Program-made: the position numbers and the translations under genes
Part shown: positions 1 to 13,570 of the stretch, one piece after another
Position numbering within the stretch: the first letter of the stretch is position 1
Layout of the letters: every line of letters starts with the position of its first letter
Source: Octopus sinensis
Taxonomy: Eukaryota
NCBI RefSeq assembly: GCF_006345805.1
Contig: NC_043014.1
Span: 18,414,001-18,478,000, forward strand
Direction of reading: 5' to 3'
Length of the DNA stretch: 64,000 bases
Notes under the pieces: generated by a model
Seen by the model: only the letters and a program-made list of their open reading frames with translations
What the model was told of the DNA's origin: nothing
The model's database searches: none

Positions 1-71
1 TATATATAATATATATATATAATCTAATGCATACATGAATATAGAGATAAATAGATACATAGATATAGGGG

Positions 72-165
72 GGTTTCCTTTCATTACCAAATCAACTCAG
101 AATGCTTTGATCGGCTCGCGGCTATATTAGAAGACACTTGCCCAAGGTGTAACGCAGTGAGACAC
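72..165 (-). mobile_element. CORE-SINE fragment (tRNA-derived, octopod OR-like)
   Basis: Contains AGAAGACACTTGCCCAAGGTG, the reverse complement of the CCTTGGGCAAGTGTCTTCT core seen in the fuller copies at 29701 and 54111. Confidence 0.65.
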
Positions 166-230
166 ATCCTGGGACTATGTGATTGGGAAGCAAACTTACC
201 ACACAATAAACGTTTCTGCATCTGTTACAA

Positions 231-298
231 TATATATATATGTATGTACATACTTACATATATATATATATATATACTTACATATATATATACATACT

Positions 299-343
<45 letters not shown>
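231..343. repeat. (TA)n microsatellite; one of dozens of TA, CA and CT arrays across the window
   Basis: Directly visible dinucleotide array; explains the [12 protein letters not shown] ORFs. Confidence 0.98.
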
Positions 344-346
<3 letters not shown>

Positions 347-1247
347 AAAATCATAATGGTAGCCATAATCATCATAACATCATTACAATACTGTGAACTA
401 TGAATACAGTAGGAATAATCAGCTACACCGTCATCTACTTCGTCACCACCTACTCTTCTAGCTCATCATTAGCAACACAAACATCACCACATTTACTTCC
501 AGCAGCAGCAGCAGCAGCAGCAGCACCACCACCACCACCACAATTACACCTTGCAAAACCATCACAACCACAAAATCCATCACCACCCCCATTCTTCTCC
601 ACCTCATCATCATTATCATCATCATCATCCGAGAAGATTAAGAAAGTTCACTATTGTATAGAAAATTAAATAACCTCATCAGGTCTAATAAAGCTATCAA
701 TGTAATTAAAATTGTTTGTGTTTATTAATTGAATCAACAATATCTTGAAATTCCAATATATATACATAAATACACACACACACACGTTCTTATGCATATG
801 TATATATTCAAGTTTATCCATCTATGTATGTATGAACAAATAATACATACATATATATGTGTGTGTGTATGTGTGTGTCTGTGTATACACGTATGCATGT
901 ATGCAAATTAATGTATACAGATATCAATATTGATGACTAACTCTCCTGATTTCTCTAAATATTTATTGTTTGTTGAAATTAAAGTTCAATAACGATAGTA
1001 TTGTTTCTGCTTCACTTGTATCGTATTTCAAATTTCTATTCTTACCATTTCTGTGTCGACGTACGAACGGGCGCTTTCACAAACATAATTCATCCCTCAG
1101 TCTATACGTTTCTGTATTTCTAATATACTTTCTAAAAATCTATTCAACCTTACACCCTCTTTCACTGGAAATAAATATGTGTTTGTCTGTGTGTGTGTAT
1201 AGATGTGTGTGCAAAGTCACATAAAAACATACAACACATACACACAC

Positions 1248-1334
<87 letters not shown>

Positions 1335-2432
1335 CACACACACGGTTCTGTCGTCTGAAAAGACCAAGAAATATATGTTGACGCAGCTCAGAGTCCTGTG
1401 GAAAGAAGGGTGTTATGAGGCCCACGAATTGAAGCGAAAACATGGTAGGTATTACTTTGCCCTGTCGAGGTTGGGTGCAGGGGGTTCCCTGCCCAGTCCG
1501 ATTGTAGGATGCATACTGCCATGGGTGGCTGTGCACAGGATGGGAGAGGCAGCTTGAAAAACCCCATGTTGGCTTTTGAGCAAGAGACAGGAGTTAAGCT
1601 GGTGTTCAGTTTCGAAACAGCCAGTGAACGTTGGATACTGTCTGATGACATCAGATCCTCCTAGCCAAAGATCCAATCCCTTTGGTGAGTGGAAAAAGCA
1701 CCTCCTTATAGGTGTTATTAGCATAGAACGCACACACACACACACACAACACACACACACACACACACACACACTTTCATAACCGCGAGATCATGATTTC
1801 AATTCCTTGATCGGGTGGTGCATTGTGTTCTTGAGCAAAACACTTAAAGCCACAGTGTTCTGCGATCACTTCGACACCTGACGAGTGGTACACAGTGTAC
1901 CTGTTCAGACAGTATCTGAAATAGCGAAGGCTGAGTAATGAGCTTTTATTAAATGTGGAAAATCTTAAACTGTTACTCCAGAGTTTCACGCTACCTTTCG
2001 TCAACTGCCCGACGAACGGTGACGCAGAACTCTGAATAACAGTTTGTAAAGACTTTTTCCTCTGTGTATGTGTGTGTGTGTTTATATGTGTGTGCGCATA
2101 CAATCATAAATATATGTATGCGGTCTTGTCTTAGCTTCAAATCTCACGTATGAGTGTGTGTATGTGCGTGTACGTATGTCCGTGTGTCTGTATGTGTCTG
2201 TATGTGTACGTGTGCGTGTGTGTTGTGTATGCATGTGAGTGTATAAATTTATATATTTTGCAATTATTGTACATCTCACCGTCGTTCACATCTCTGTCTT
2301 AATCTTTATTTCTCTTTCTCTCTCACTCTGGATCTCTTCAATAACCCGAGTATTTCTTCATTCATTGTCCCTTCTACAGAAACACCCACTCACTCACAAA
2401 CATGGATCCGTATATACAAACATGTGTGTGTG

Positions 2433-2494
<62 letters not shown>

Positions 2495-2639
2495 TGCTTC
2501 AGCATGACTACAACCGCTTGGCTGAAACGACTAAAAGTGTATACACACACACACGTTATATTTACGTTATATTCATATAGGTGATAACGGAATTAGATTT
2601 TATAAAGATGTAAATATTGGGCCCACTCTTCTTTATAAT

Positions 2640-3131
2640 TTACATAAATGACCTTTCCAGCGTCGTAAATCACTGCTGATGACACTAAGCTCCAGCAAAT
2701 CATCAATGAAGAAGACCGAACTCTGCTCCAGTCTGATCTATATGCTGTGGGTCAATGGGCAGACAAAAACAAAAAGCAACTGAACGAGGGAAAATTTGAG
2801 TTGATGCATTTTGGAAGAAAGTCTACACGAAAACTGCCATACTCTCTTCCTTCAGGAGAACCGCTCACAGCATCTAATAATATCAAAGACCTGGGTGTAA
2901 TTGTAGATAACAATCTCAGTTGGAGTGCCCACATCAACAATAAGGTCGATATAGCTCGTAGGTTGAGCTCCAGAATCTTAAAAGCTTTCCGGTGCAGAGA
3001 ACAAGGTGTCATCATTCCAATTTTCTCCTTTGCACAGCCACACCTCGAATACTGCTACCCCTTGTGGTCTCCCCATACAAAACAAAACATCTCAAGGATT
3101 GAACCCCCCCAGAGGGCACTCGGGCGATACT
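2640..3131 (+). pseudogene. CR1/L2-type LINE reverse transcriptase C-terminal fragment
   Basis: YINDL..(A)DDTKL remnant at ~2642-2693, then KDLGVIVDNNLSWSAHI and PHLEYCYPLWSPH..QNISRIEPPQR. These are typical CR1/Jockey-group RT-to-C-terminus motifs; frameshifted. Confidence 0.85.
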
Positions 3132-3136
3132 GCTAG

Positions 3137-3167
<31 letters not shown>

Positions 3168-3455
3168 ATGTGTGTACGTATGTTGTATAGATATGAATGT
3201 GTGTGTGCTCTGTTCACAGACACTCCCTCTCTCTCTCACTCGCTCATACACACACACACATAGCTATTGTAATGCAAACAGGAAACCTAGAACTGAAAAT
3301 ATGAGTAAATATATATTTTATTAATATTTAGTAGACGCAACTAAGTGAATCAAGTTCCAAGATTCTGGTGTCTGATAAGTGCTAACACACGAAATTCTCA
3401 TCACTTGAGTCCCTCTGTTGCTTCTGCTAAATATGGATATATATATATACATACA

Positions 3456-3497
<42 letters not shown>

Positions 3498-3776
3498 ACA
3501 TATATATATAACATTTATATGGCAGCATAAATATACTGATTCGTATACAATGTATACCCAAAAGTTTAAGAAGTCCGTTTCGCAATCCCAAGGCACGGAA
3601 TTCGATCTCACTGCATGGAATCTTCGGCAAACCATACTAATAGCCACAGCCTCCCAAGCCTTTCAAGTGAAATAGTGTTGATAGAAACTGCGTGGATTGC
3701 CGCTCTCTCTCTCTATCTATCTAGCTATCTGTCTGCCTGTGTGTTTACGTATTTGTTTATCCATGTGCCCTTCTCT

Positions 3777-3823
<47 letters not shown>

Positions 3824-3825
<2 letters not shown>

Positions 3826-3971
3826 CGCAGAAGTGGGTGTGTGGTAACTAGCTTGCTTACCAACCACATTGTCCCCGGTTCAGTCCCACTGCGTGGTACC
3901 TTGAGCCTCGGGTCGATCAAAGCCTTGTGAGTGGATTTGGTAGAAGGAAACTGAAAGAAGCCCAACGTGTG

Positions 3972-4024
<53 letters not shown>

Positions 4025-4207
4025 CCCCATTACCGCTTGACAACCGATGTTGGTGTGTTTACGTTCCCTTAACTAGCGGTTCGGCGAAAGAGACCAATAC
4101 AATAAGTACTAGGCGTACAAAGAATAAGTCCTGGGGTCAATTTGTTCGTCCAAAGATGGTGCTCCAGCGTGGCCGCAGTCAAATGACTGAAACGAATAAA
4201 AGAATAT
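3824..4207 (+). mobile_element. Near full-length CORE-SINE; empty target variant AACTAGCTTGCT at 3846-3857
   Basis: GGCGCAG head, A-box-like TGGGTGTGTGG, B-box-like GGTTCAGTCCC, internal (TA)(TG) array and 3' GGCCGCAGTCAAATGACTGAAAC tail shared with other copies. Confidence 0.9.
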
Positions 4208-4250
4208 AGACATATATTTATGTGTGTTTGTGTGTGTGTGTGTGTGTGTG

Positions 4251-4305
<55 letters not shown>

Positions 4306-4897
4306 TGCGCGTGCGTATGGAAACTTTTAAATTGAATTTTACCTCTAATTGAGATGTCTAGGCTTGTCACATAATGTGTCACGCTGATTCGGCCTCAGGA
4401 TTAACGAAGGGGAAACATGTTTGCGGAATGCTCAGCCACTTAAAACCGAGTTTAAAATCGAATTCCATACACATCGTGGAAGGCGCCAGAAATCTTTTAA
4501 ACATACATGTGTGTATTTGTGCGTAGGTTTCTCTGTCTTTGTCTGTGCGACCGTGTGTATGTGCGTTTGTGAGTGAGTGAATATGTTTGTATGCAATGTC
4601 TCACATATTGATACACCTCATAATCAAAAATCAATCGTTGTAATATTAATTTCATAAAACGTGTTTCAGTTCACCCTAATACAATTCCTCGCTTTGTCTA
4701 TAATAAAATATTAATTAATTACTAAATTAATTAATTCATTCATTAGAATAATTAATTAAATATTAATACAATATAGAGAAATAATAAAAGAAAAGCTATG
4801 GACTAGATTAATATCAATTATTCTGTTTCCTCCAACAACTACCACTGTACCTCTTGCTACTTCATCTATTATAGTTATTCATACAACTACACTTTGA

Positions 4898-4914
4898 ACA
4901 GAACAACAACAACA

Positions 4915-4948
<34 letters not shown>

Positions 4949-4950
4949 TA

Positions 4951-4982
<32 letters not shown>

Positions 4983-4984
4983 TG

Positions 4985-5046
<62 letters not shown>

Positions 5047-5050
5047 TCTG

Positions 5051-5104
<54 letters not shown>

Positions 5105-5330
5105 AGCTACTAATGCTGCTGCTACTGCTACTGCTTCTGCTGTTATTGTTGTTACTGCCGTTACAGCTTGAAACTTATAACTTAAAGGAACGTAATAAAA
5201 TATTGAAAGATATTTCTCGTCATATATAACGATAATAACCACCACCACCACGACCACCACTACCAACAACAACCACAGCAGCAGCAACAACAACAACAAC
5301 AACAAACGCAACAACAAAAGCAGCAGCAAG
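4898..5330. repeat. Compound trinucleotide array (CAA/CTA/CTG/CCA)
   Basis: Directly visible; source of the poly-L/T/V/A ORFs. Confidence 0.95.
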
Positions 5331-5903
5331 CATATGGACATAGGGACAAAGAATTAATCACATAATCTCTGGTTGCCCAATAACACCCACAGACATGACA
5401 GAGTTGGAACTTACACACGCTGGACTTTATCTCGCCATTATGAAATGCTAACTCGAAAAAGATGGTTTTGGCATACATCGGAAAATGCCTCCTGGAATAC
5501 GAAGCAACCATACTCTGATAGATACTAATATACACACAGGCAGATCAGGACTAACCGAGCGGCTACTGCGCTGGAAGATCATAAGGAAAAGATATGCCTC
5601 CTATGAAACAGATGGAGAAATTACTCAAATGTGAAGATCTGGACATAAAGAAAACCTGAATATGAAGCCTGACAACAGAAATAAACCTTATAATAATAAA
5701 TGCTTTGAAAATGATCAACACATGAAGATAAATACATCACGACAACCCAAGGACATAAATATGCGTAACATGCAGAAAATAGAACTGCTAGATACGGCAT
5801 ACATACTATGAAAGGTGCAGGCAATACAATGAACATAAAACCAAAGGAAACATTGTTTATATATATATATATCGCTTGTAATGCAATTAAATCATTGCAA
5901 TCA

Positions 5904-6658
5904 GGCAATGGCTCTCATGGCTTCTGATCTTAACTGATTGGAAGTGTTATCATATACATGTTTCGTCTTGGTATAAAAGATGGGCTACAGCAGTGGTTCC
6001 CAAACTATGAGTCGTGGCCCACAGATGGGTCGTGAACGGAATCTTAGTGGGTCGCAAAAAGTTATAAAATTACGCATTAGCTTTGATTAACTGCTGTCTA
6101 TCGAGATGGTTCAAGGCTTATAAGTGGGTCATCATAATCCGGTGTGATAAACAGTGGGTTGCGACTCTAAAAAGTTTGGGAACCACTGAGCTACAGCAAA
6201 TATTCTGCTCAATGCCACAGATTTGTTTGTCAGTTACTTGACCATAACCAGTCGAGTGTGTCTCTTGGTGGCTGACGATGTCTACACCTATGGTCACGTG
6301 GAGTAGTAGTTGGAGAGCATCATAGCCATGTGTTGAGAGGAATTCCTTGGGGTTTGAATAATTTACCTCTGGAAACATGGGTGTTTCGTTCAACATCCTT
6401 AAACAACCCTTATCCTGAAACCTTTTGAGCAGGATGGGTTATTCGACCTGAAGAAAATTCTAACAAGTTTCCACCTGCAAGGTAATGCGCTGTTTACCTT
6501 GTTATGTGATCACTATGTCGCGCACATATGGTTCTGATGCATGTGCTTGGTGCACCGTTATCAGACGGTTATCATGATGGGTGTATTGGGCTTCATATGT
6601 TTGTACTCCAGTGTCACTTTGGTGCAAGCATTGCTCTCTCACTCAATAATAACAATAA
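5904..6658 (+). mobile_element. Interspersed repeat with (AAT)n-like 3' tail (probable non-LTR 3' end or long SINE), interrupted by a MITE
   Basis: Sequence reads continuously across the MITE (GGGCTACAG|CAAATATTCTG) and ends ACTCAATAATAACAATAA. The family is recalled from octopod DNA, not verified by search. Confidence 0.5.
5991..6188. mobile_element. hAT-superfamily MITE, 198 bp
   Basis: Perfect 16-bp TIRs CAGTGGTTCCCAAACT / AGTTTGGGAACCACTG; 8-bp TSD GGCTACAG (5983-5990) / AGCTACAG (6189-6196). Confidence 0.92.
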
Positions 6659-7929
6659 AGCAATATTACTAATCAATAATGTCTTAAACGAAGATTGAAA
6701 GAAGAGAATATGTGTCTGAGATAGGTATACAACCACCACCAGAAGGGCTTTGCCATACTTCCTCAGTTGTGGATCTTTGTAACTTTAACTATGAGTAAAG
6801 TATCGCAGCTAATATAAATGCATGAAGCGTATTTTGGGAAAATTGCAAACAATTTTGCAGTTATTGTCAAATGAAGTTTATCTTTAAGACTAAATCCATC
6901 TCCATTCTAGGAAGAATATTCCAAGGGTGGGGTCACTTTTCTTTCTGGTGCGACATATTAAAGAGGACTGCATTCAGGTGCAAACATTACGTTAAGGCAA
7001 CCAAGCGTCTTTGGTAAATGGACTTCCACTAGTTGTACGTTAGAACAATATTGGAGACTAGTATATAGTTTTACTAAACAAATGTAAATGAAATTCAGAT
7101 CGTGTCTAGGCAAACTTAAGGCGATGAAAATTAATCAAAAGTATTATCATGCAAGATAAAATCATTCAACTATTAGAATATCAACAAACACGAGATATAA
7201 ATACTTAAAAGTACAATCACAGAACTTATTCAAATGCAAGAAATGTTTAGGAAGCAACGCTATAAAAGTATTAAGTTAATACTTGAATAAGAACTAAACG
7301 AAAACGTAAGGTAATGTTCAGCAATAATCTAGATGTCTAGATGTCCCAGTAATTACATATTGGTATAATGTTCGTAGTCGGAAGTAGCTAAACAAAATGG
7401 GAGAAAAGCGAGGAAAATACTGACCGAATCTAAAGTACACCATTCAATATCTAACCTAGAAATATTTACCACGAAACATATTTATCAAAAAACGAGGAGA
7501 TAGGGATCTTATACAACGAGAAATCTAAGAAGTACAACACTACCATGTGAATAATAATGGAAAACTAATAGATATATTATAACTAGGAAACATGAACAAA
7601 ATAAAACAAAAGTAGGCTTACTTTCTTCAGAAATGAGAGATTGTTGTAAAGAAAGAGGAAACATCAACAGAAACTATAAAGAGAAAATGTGAAATAAAAT
7701 TGGGGAGAAAATACTAATATAAAACGATGGCATGAAAGGACCAACATTTCAAATACCTGAAAATGTAAACTGGTTGAACTGGAGATAGAAAATTCACAAG
7801 ACTGACTGAATGATTTTAGATTATTGTCTAGTATCAAAGCTGCCCCGAAAGCCATGAAAAGCCTGTAGTGTATCAGAAATACGGTAACTGAGTGCAGAAT
7901 GTTTGGATATGGCTAAAAAGAAATAAATA

Positions 7930-9174
7930 TAGGATCATCCCATGAATAATGCGGCTTTTTCAATTGCATGAACTACAAGTCGGAGGGGAACGGGATAAAC
8001 TACCTCCATCAACTTGCTATACAAGCAGGTAGTAATTCTGCCTTGCCTTATTCGTAGCGCAAGTTTTGAAGAGTGCAGTTCGATTTTAACAGTTAGTTTT
8101 TCAAAGCTATAGTGGAGGTGACAAAGGAGCATATTCGGCATATTTTGCTTTATGAGCTCAATAAAAGCAACAACGCAAAGGAAAGTGCGAGGAATATTAA
8201 TGGGGACTGGGACAATAAGTGTAAGCTAATGTCAACGGTGGTTCCAGAAATTCTGAGCTGGAAATTACAGCTTAGAAGACGAACCCCGTCCTGGAAATCT
8301 GTAGGGCTCGACGAGGACGTCCTGCAAATACTGGTGGAACAAAATCACATCATAGCTGTTAAGGGACTTGCAGAGAAGCTTAGATTTGGTCATTCAACCA
8401 TTCATCCACACATGCGTGCCATCGAAAATGTCATTGAATTGGGTCAATGGGTCCCTCACAAACTTCCCGAACCTAATCGCGCGCAGAGAGTGAATGTGTG
8501 CTCTTTTATGCAGCTACATCTCAGGAATGAACCTTTTTTGGTCCGAATAGTGACTGGTGACGAGAAAAGGGTTTTCTATAATGATGTCAGGGACCGAAGA
8601 CAGTGAGTAAGGAAAGGAGAAACACCGACATCCCAGGCTAAAGAGCGACCTTCACCCACATAAGGTGTTGTTATCTCTTTGGTGGAATATAAAAGGTTTA
8701 GTCCACTTTGAACTTTTTAACCAAAACCAAACGAACGATAGCAAAGGAGATTTACCCCGAGCGAGAAGTTTGAGCGTCTTAAGTCAGGGTTAGAAGCAAA
8801 ACGACCATTTTTGGTTTCAAGACGACAGCGAGGATGACATTCCAAAGGCTGGAACAGTTTGAATGGTAAACGATGCCCACCCACTATATTCACTAGACAT
8901 TGCCCCCTCTGATTATCATTTATTCTGCAGTCTTCAAAATCATTTGAACGGGAAAAATATGAATTCTGTAGACGAGGTCAGAAGAATACGAGAGGAGTAT
9001 TTTTCGTCATGGACAAGTGAATTTTAGGGGCCTTGCAAGTCTACCAGATAGATGGAAGAACAATGTAAAAAAATGAAGGAGAGTATATTTTAGATTAAAA
9101 ATGAACTTTCTTTATCTTAATTTTGAAAAACAAAAGAAGTATAAAAAAACCGCATTATTTATGGGATGACCCAA
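7930..9174 (+). mobile_element. Full-length decayed mariner transposon (1245 bp)
   Basis: 31-bp TIRs matching at 27/31 (TAGGATCATCCCATGAATAATGCGG / TTGGGTCATCCCATAAATAATGCGG), TA on both flanks. The transposase pseudogene from 8112 has WVPHKL, IVTGDEK and YSLDIAPSDYHLF motifs; frameshifts and stops. Confidence 0.95.
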
Positions 9175-10303
9175 TACAATGTTTTTGTTGCCTAGTCATG
9201 CCTGGCATGACAAATTTTGTGCTTACATACTGCCAGCATTATGAAAAACCAACTGAAGACAGATGGTATAGGCACACACCGGAAATGATCTCTGTGAATG
9301 TCAAAGCGACCGTACTTTGAGATACAGAGAAATCATCAAAATTAGTCGAGCGATTATTGTTATCAAATGCCAGAGGACAGAAATTGCCTCTTAATCTAAG
9401 TACCACTCACAACGTATTGTATATCCCTTTCTAAAAAATTTGGAAATTATCCGAATAAAACACCAAGAAAAAGAGATAATTCGAATACGGTGGATACAAA
9501 CAGAAACAATCCCTATAATCATAATTGAGAATGACAAACAATGCACTTAAATACTTAACCATAGCTTCGAAAATATACATAATATACAGAAAATAATGCT
9601 ACTAGAAACTGCGTATGTATTACATAACGTTTTTCCAATACAAAGGAACAACCAAACTGTGTCCGGGTTCTGATGCAAAATATAAAAAAATAAAAAATTA
9701 AACAAACAACAGATTATGAATCGTTGATAATATTCAAAGCAAAAAGATAAAATGGATGTTATTACAATCACCTCCAGTTGAATCACAATAGTATCAGCGG
9801 ATATATGACTACAACAACCATTGAGATGAGTCATAAACAACCGACTCTAATTCGTGTCATTAAAAACACTTTTGGATAGAAGAAAGAAAGCGGATTCTGC
9901 CACTCGAACCCACACCTCCTATAGATATGACAGGCGTTCTTACCCAATATTTACACACTATTATTTGTAACTTAATGTACTTCAAAATCCAGTTCTAAAA
10001 ATGGATGAAACATACACGCACACACATACATGTATACATACATACATACATACATACATACATGCATATATGCATGCATACATACATACATACATACATA
10101 CATGCATATATGCATGAATACATACAAACACAGTCTCTCTCTCACGCACACACAAAAACATATACGTATATCGATCTACATATAGATATATATACAGATA
10201 TACATATAAAACCTCCTATTTTATTATGCCGTCTAATAAAAAAGGAGCTTTTATATGCGTATTCAAAGACGTACCCCATGAGCTTGAAGGACACATACAC
10301 GTG

Positions 10304-10334
<31 letters not shown>

Positions 10335-10339
10335 TTATA

Positions 10340-10382
<43 letters not shown>

Positions 10383-10393
10383 ATACACGCACG

Positions 10394-10452
<59 letters not shown>

Positions 10453-11179
10453 GTTAAAGACTTGTTTTATTTATATTTCCTGAGCGCCATACTAATACAA
10501 TTGTTCGTTTGTTTTCCACCTGCCTTCGTCTTTTGTTTATTTTCATAAAGCTTCCCGTTATATATATATATACGTGTGTGTATGTGTGCGAGAGAGAGAG
10601 AGAGGAGAGAGAGATGGAGTGAGATTAAAAAGAGAGAGAGGGAGAGAGAGGGAGAGAGAAAGAGAGACAGACAGACAGACAGAGAGCGTCTTTGTATTTG
10701 TTAAGGTGTATACTTGTATGGTTATATGCGTCTGTGTATTCGCTCCTCGTTGCTCTCAGTTCAAATCCCACCGGGGTCAAAATCCCGGTCTACAAAAACA
10801 AAAAAATGCATCAATCTAGTGTTGCGAATCGGCACAGCTGCTAAAGCTTCAGAAACGATGCTTTGCAATATCTTATCCGGCTGCATCAATGGCATCCCGA
10901 TATGTCAGCCTTTTGAGTTACTGTTAAATATCACTGGTTGAAGGGTGGCTTAACAAGAAAAATTGAATGCAAAAACAAAGGGATCACCGCACTCCTTTAG
11001 CTGTTGTAAGCCCAGTAAATGACAGTTAATCTGGTCATTCTGTTCGTTTCTCTGTATTTGTCATCGGCTTACGTCGGCTGAAAAAAAGTGGTGATCATGG
11101 TGTCATTGAGACGGAAAGTTAAAGTCCTGTACGTGAGTCTCGGTAACTTTACCATTCAATTAATACAGTCCTAAATAAA

Positions 11180-11430
11180 TATGCATGTGAATGTGGCAGT
11201 GTCTAAGGAGTGTAGCAGTGGTGGTGAAGGTGAAAAAAGCATTTTTATACCCCTTAATCCCATTCACATAAGATGATTTCAGTGTATTCCTCTATGCGTT
11301 TTATTAAACACAACTACAATCAGATTTTCAACGACATTCAGGTCTCCTTCCTTTATCATCACATGCAGTTTGTCTAAAGTGTGGGTGAATTCATGTACAT
11401 TCTCTTCGCTCATCCGCTATGATACTGCTT
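11180..11430 (-). pseudogene. Possible decayed LINE APE-endonuclease fragment
   Basis: Minus frame RMSEENVHEFTHTLDKLHVMIKEGDLNVV loosely resembles the APE 'EEIDEFY...GD(L/F)NA' segment. Confidence 0.3.
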
Positions 11431-11698
11431 TTGTCGCCATAAAAGTCATTAATGGCTAATTGTTCTTCGGGTAATGTTTTTTATTTATATGATAAATTCC
11501 ACTTCATTTTAACTCCTGTCTTAAAACTTACAGAAGATTTGAAGTGAAATGTCTAAGTGTTCGCTATATTTACATATTGTAACACGCCGAAATAAACTCA
11601 TCCCCAAACAACCGTTTGGTCGATCGTACCTTCAAATCGCTACTTCTGAGGACGCGAATGGAATATAAGGTTATAATCACATATCTCCATATAGTTTA

Positions 11699-12015
11699 TG
11701 GATTCCATGAACAGCGGGGCTCACCAATGGAGAAATCCGGATCAAGCCGGAACTGTCGCTAGAAGCTAGGATCACCAAGCATAGATTGACATATTTTGGT
11801 CATATTATGCGGAGAAAATTCCTGGAGAAAGACATCATGCTTGGAATGGTCAGTGGCAAGAGAGGAAGAGGCCGACCAAGAACCCGCTGACTTGACACCA
11901 TCAAGAGTGACACGGGAATGGACAATCTGAAAGAAGCGACCCAGGATAGAACTGGGTGGAGGACACTGATCCATCGAGTAACCGAGAGGCGACTTCGACT
12001 GAGCGGATAGATAGA
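11699..12015 (+). pseudogene. RTE (BovB-like) LINE 3' end
   Basis: Translates IKPELSLEARITKHRLTYFGHIMRRKFLEKDIMLGMVSGKRGRGRPRTR*LDTIK...QDRTGWRTLIHRVT, the typical RTE-BovB C-terminus. Confidence 0.88.
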
Positions 12016-12305
12016 GAGACATAATGTTGTATGGATTGCATAAGATTGTATGGAATAAAAATATAGTCCGTTTATGGGAACAATTTTAATGTCAATTTGA
12101 TTTCTCCTTTCCACATTTAAAATATTTTGCTAACTCTGGGGGCTTATATTAAGCCTACTGGATTTTACCTTGGAGTAGTTTTTTAGTCCTGCCTTTCATA
12201 TCAATCAAAGTATTACAGATCTCCTTTAATTTTGGAATACTACGTTAGCCAGATCCTGCAGGATGTGCATATGAGGCTAGAGTGAGGATTATAGTTATAC
12301 CCTTC

Positions 12306-12443
<138 letters not shown>

Positions 12444-12573
12444 GTACATAAACAAATGGAACCGACGTTACACGTTTTACAGTTTTGTGGGTAGAACTAT
12501 TGAAAGTCTGTGAAGTGATCTCGTGACCACGTGTCTCCTGCGCAGAGTCCAGGTTCTACTGCTGTTGCTGCAG

Positions 12574-12614
<41 letters not shown>

Positions 12615-12673
12615 GAAAAATAAGATATATGTGAATGGGTAGTATGTCAGCTGTTGCACCGTTTAGATCTTAC

Positions 12674-12725
12674 CGATTCGGACATCCGCCAGCCGCCATT
12701 TTAGCAATCAATTAATAGCGGTTAT
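12674..12725 (-). CDS. Candidate host-gene exon (52 nt) carrying a start codon at 12699 (MAAGGCPN, phase 2)
   Basis: Strong acceptor TTTTTTCAATTCCTCTGTTTCCTTTCAG, donor TCG|GTAAGA, AAAATGGCGGC (Kozak/YY1-type) start with an upstream in-frame stop, locally CpG-rich and non-repetitive. Confidence 0.5.
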
Positions 12726-13249
12726 CTGAAAGGAAACAGAGGAATTGAAAAAAATAAAATAAAATAAAAAATACATGAAAAAAAATCTGTGAAAACAAAT
12801 GTAAACTAACAACACAAAATACATAAATGAATAAATGAATTAATGAATGAGCGAATGAGTGAATGAAGAACTTAAAAGAAAAAAATGTTTTGTCTGTGAT
12901 TGTATATATTAATATGGCAGCGTGTATGGATTGTGGAGATGGTGAAACAAGAAGTATTCTTTTATCCCCATTGATGCCGTTCACGTACGATTATTGCAGT
13001 GTACACATCAATGCGCTTTACTAAGCAGATTGCTCAATTCTCATATTCTCTTTCTGTCTCTCTTTCCTTTAACTTTTTCTGTCTTTATGCCAGTCATTCG
13101 TTCTGTTTTACTTCTCGTCCTCTTCGCACCTCTTCCACATATTATTCATTCTTACCTCCTTCCTTTGTTCCCTTTTTTCTTTCCTTCTTTCATTTTCTCA
13201 CTCGTTCCATTTGTTTTCGCCATTCTTCAATTCTCGTCGTTGGCTTCTT

Positions 13250-13321
13250 CTCTTGTGGCTTTTCTTTCTTTCTATCTATCTTTCTATTTTTCTTTCTTTC
13301 TTCCTTTCTTTATTTCTTTGT

Positions 13322-13361
<40 letters not shown>

Positions 13362-13462
13362 TGTTCTTTCTTTCTATTTTTCTTTCTTCTTCCTTCCCTC
13401 CTTTCTTCTTTCTCTTTCCTTCCTTCCTTTCTTTCTTTCTTTCTTCCTTCCGTCCTTCCTTC

Positions 13463-13494
<32 letters not shown>

Positions 13495-13570
13495 TTTCTC
13501 ACATCCATTCATTCTTTCTTGGTCTGTTTCGTTTGGTATATTATCCTATTCGTTTCTTTTCTTTCTTCTT
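13250..13570. repeat. (TTTC/TTCC)n pyrimidine-rich low-complexity tract
   Basis: Directly visible; source of the F/S/L-rich ORFs. Confidence 0.95.

Noticed and set aside
5400-5620. RTE 3' fragment (RKRWFWHT)
   Set aside because: Too decayed to call.
11180-11300. Helitron Rep motifs (FFTFT / HxH)
   Set aside because: Spacing and context do not fit; the nearby frame looks more like a decayed APE fragment.
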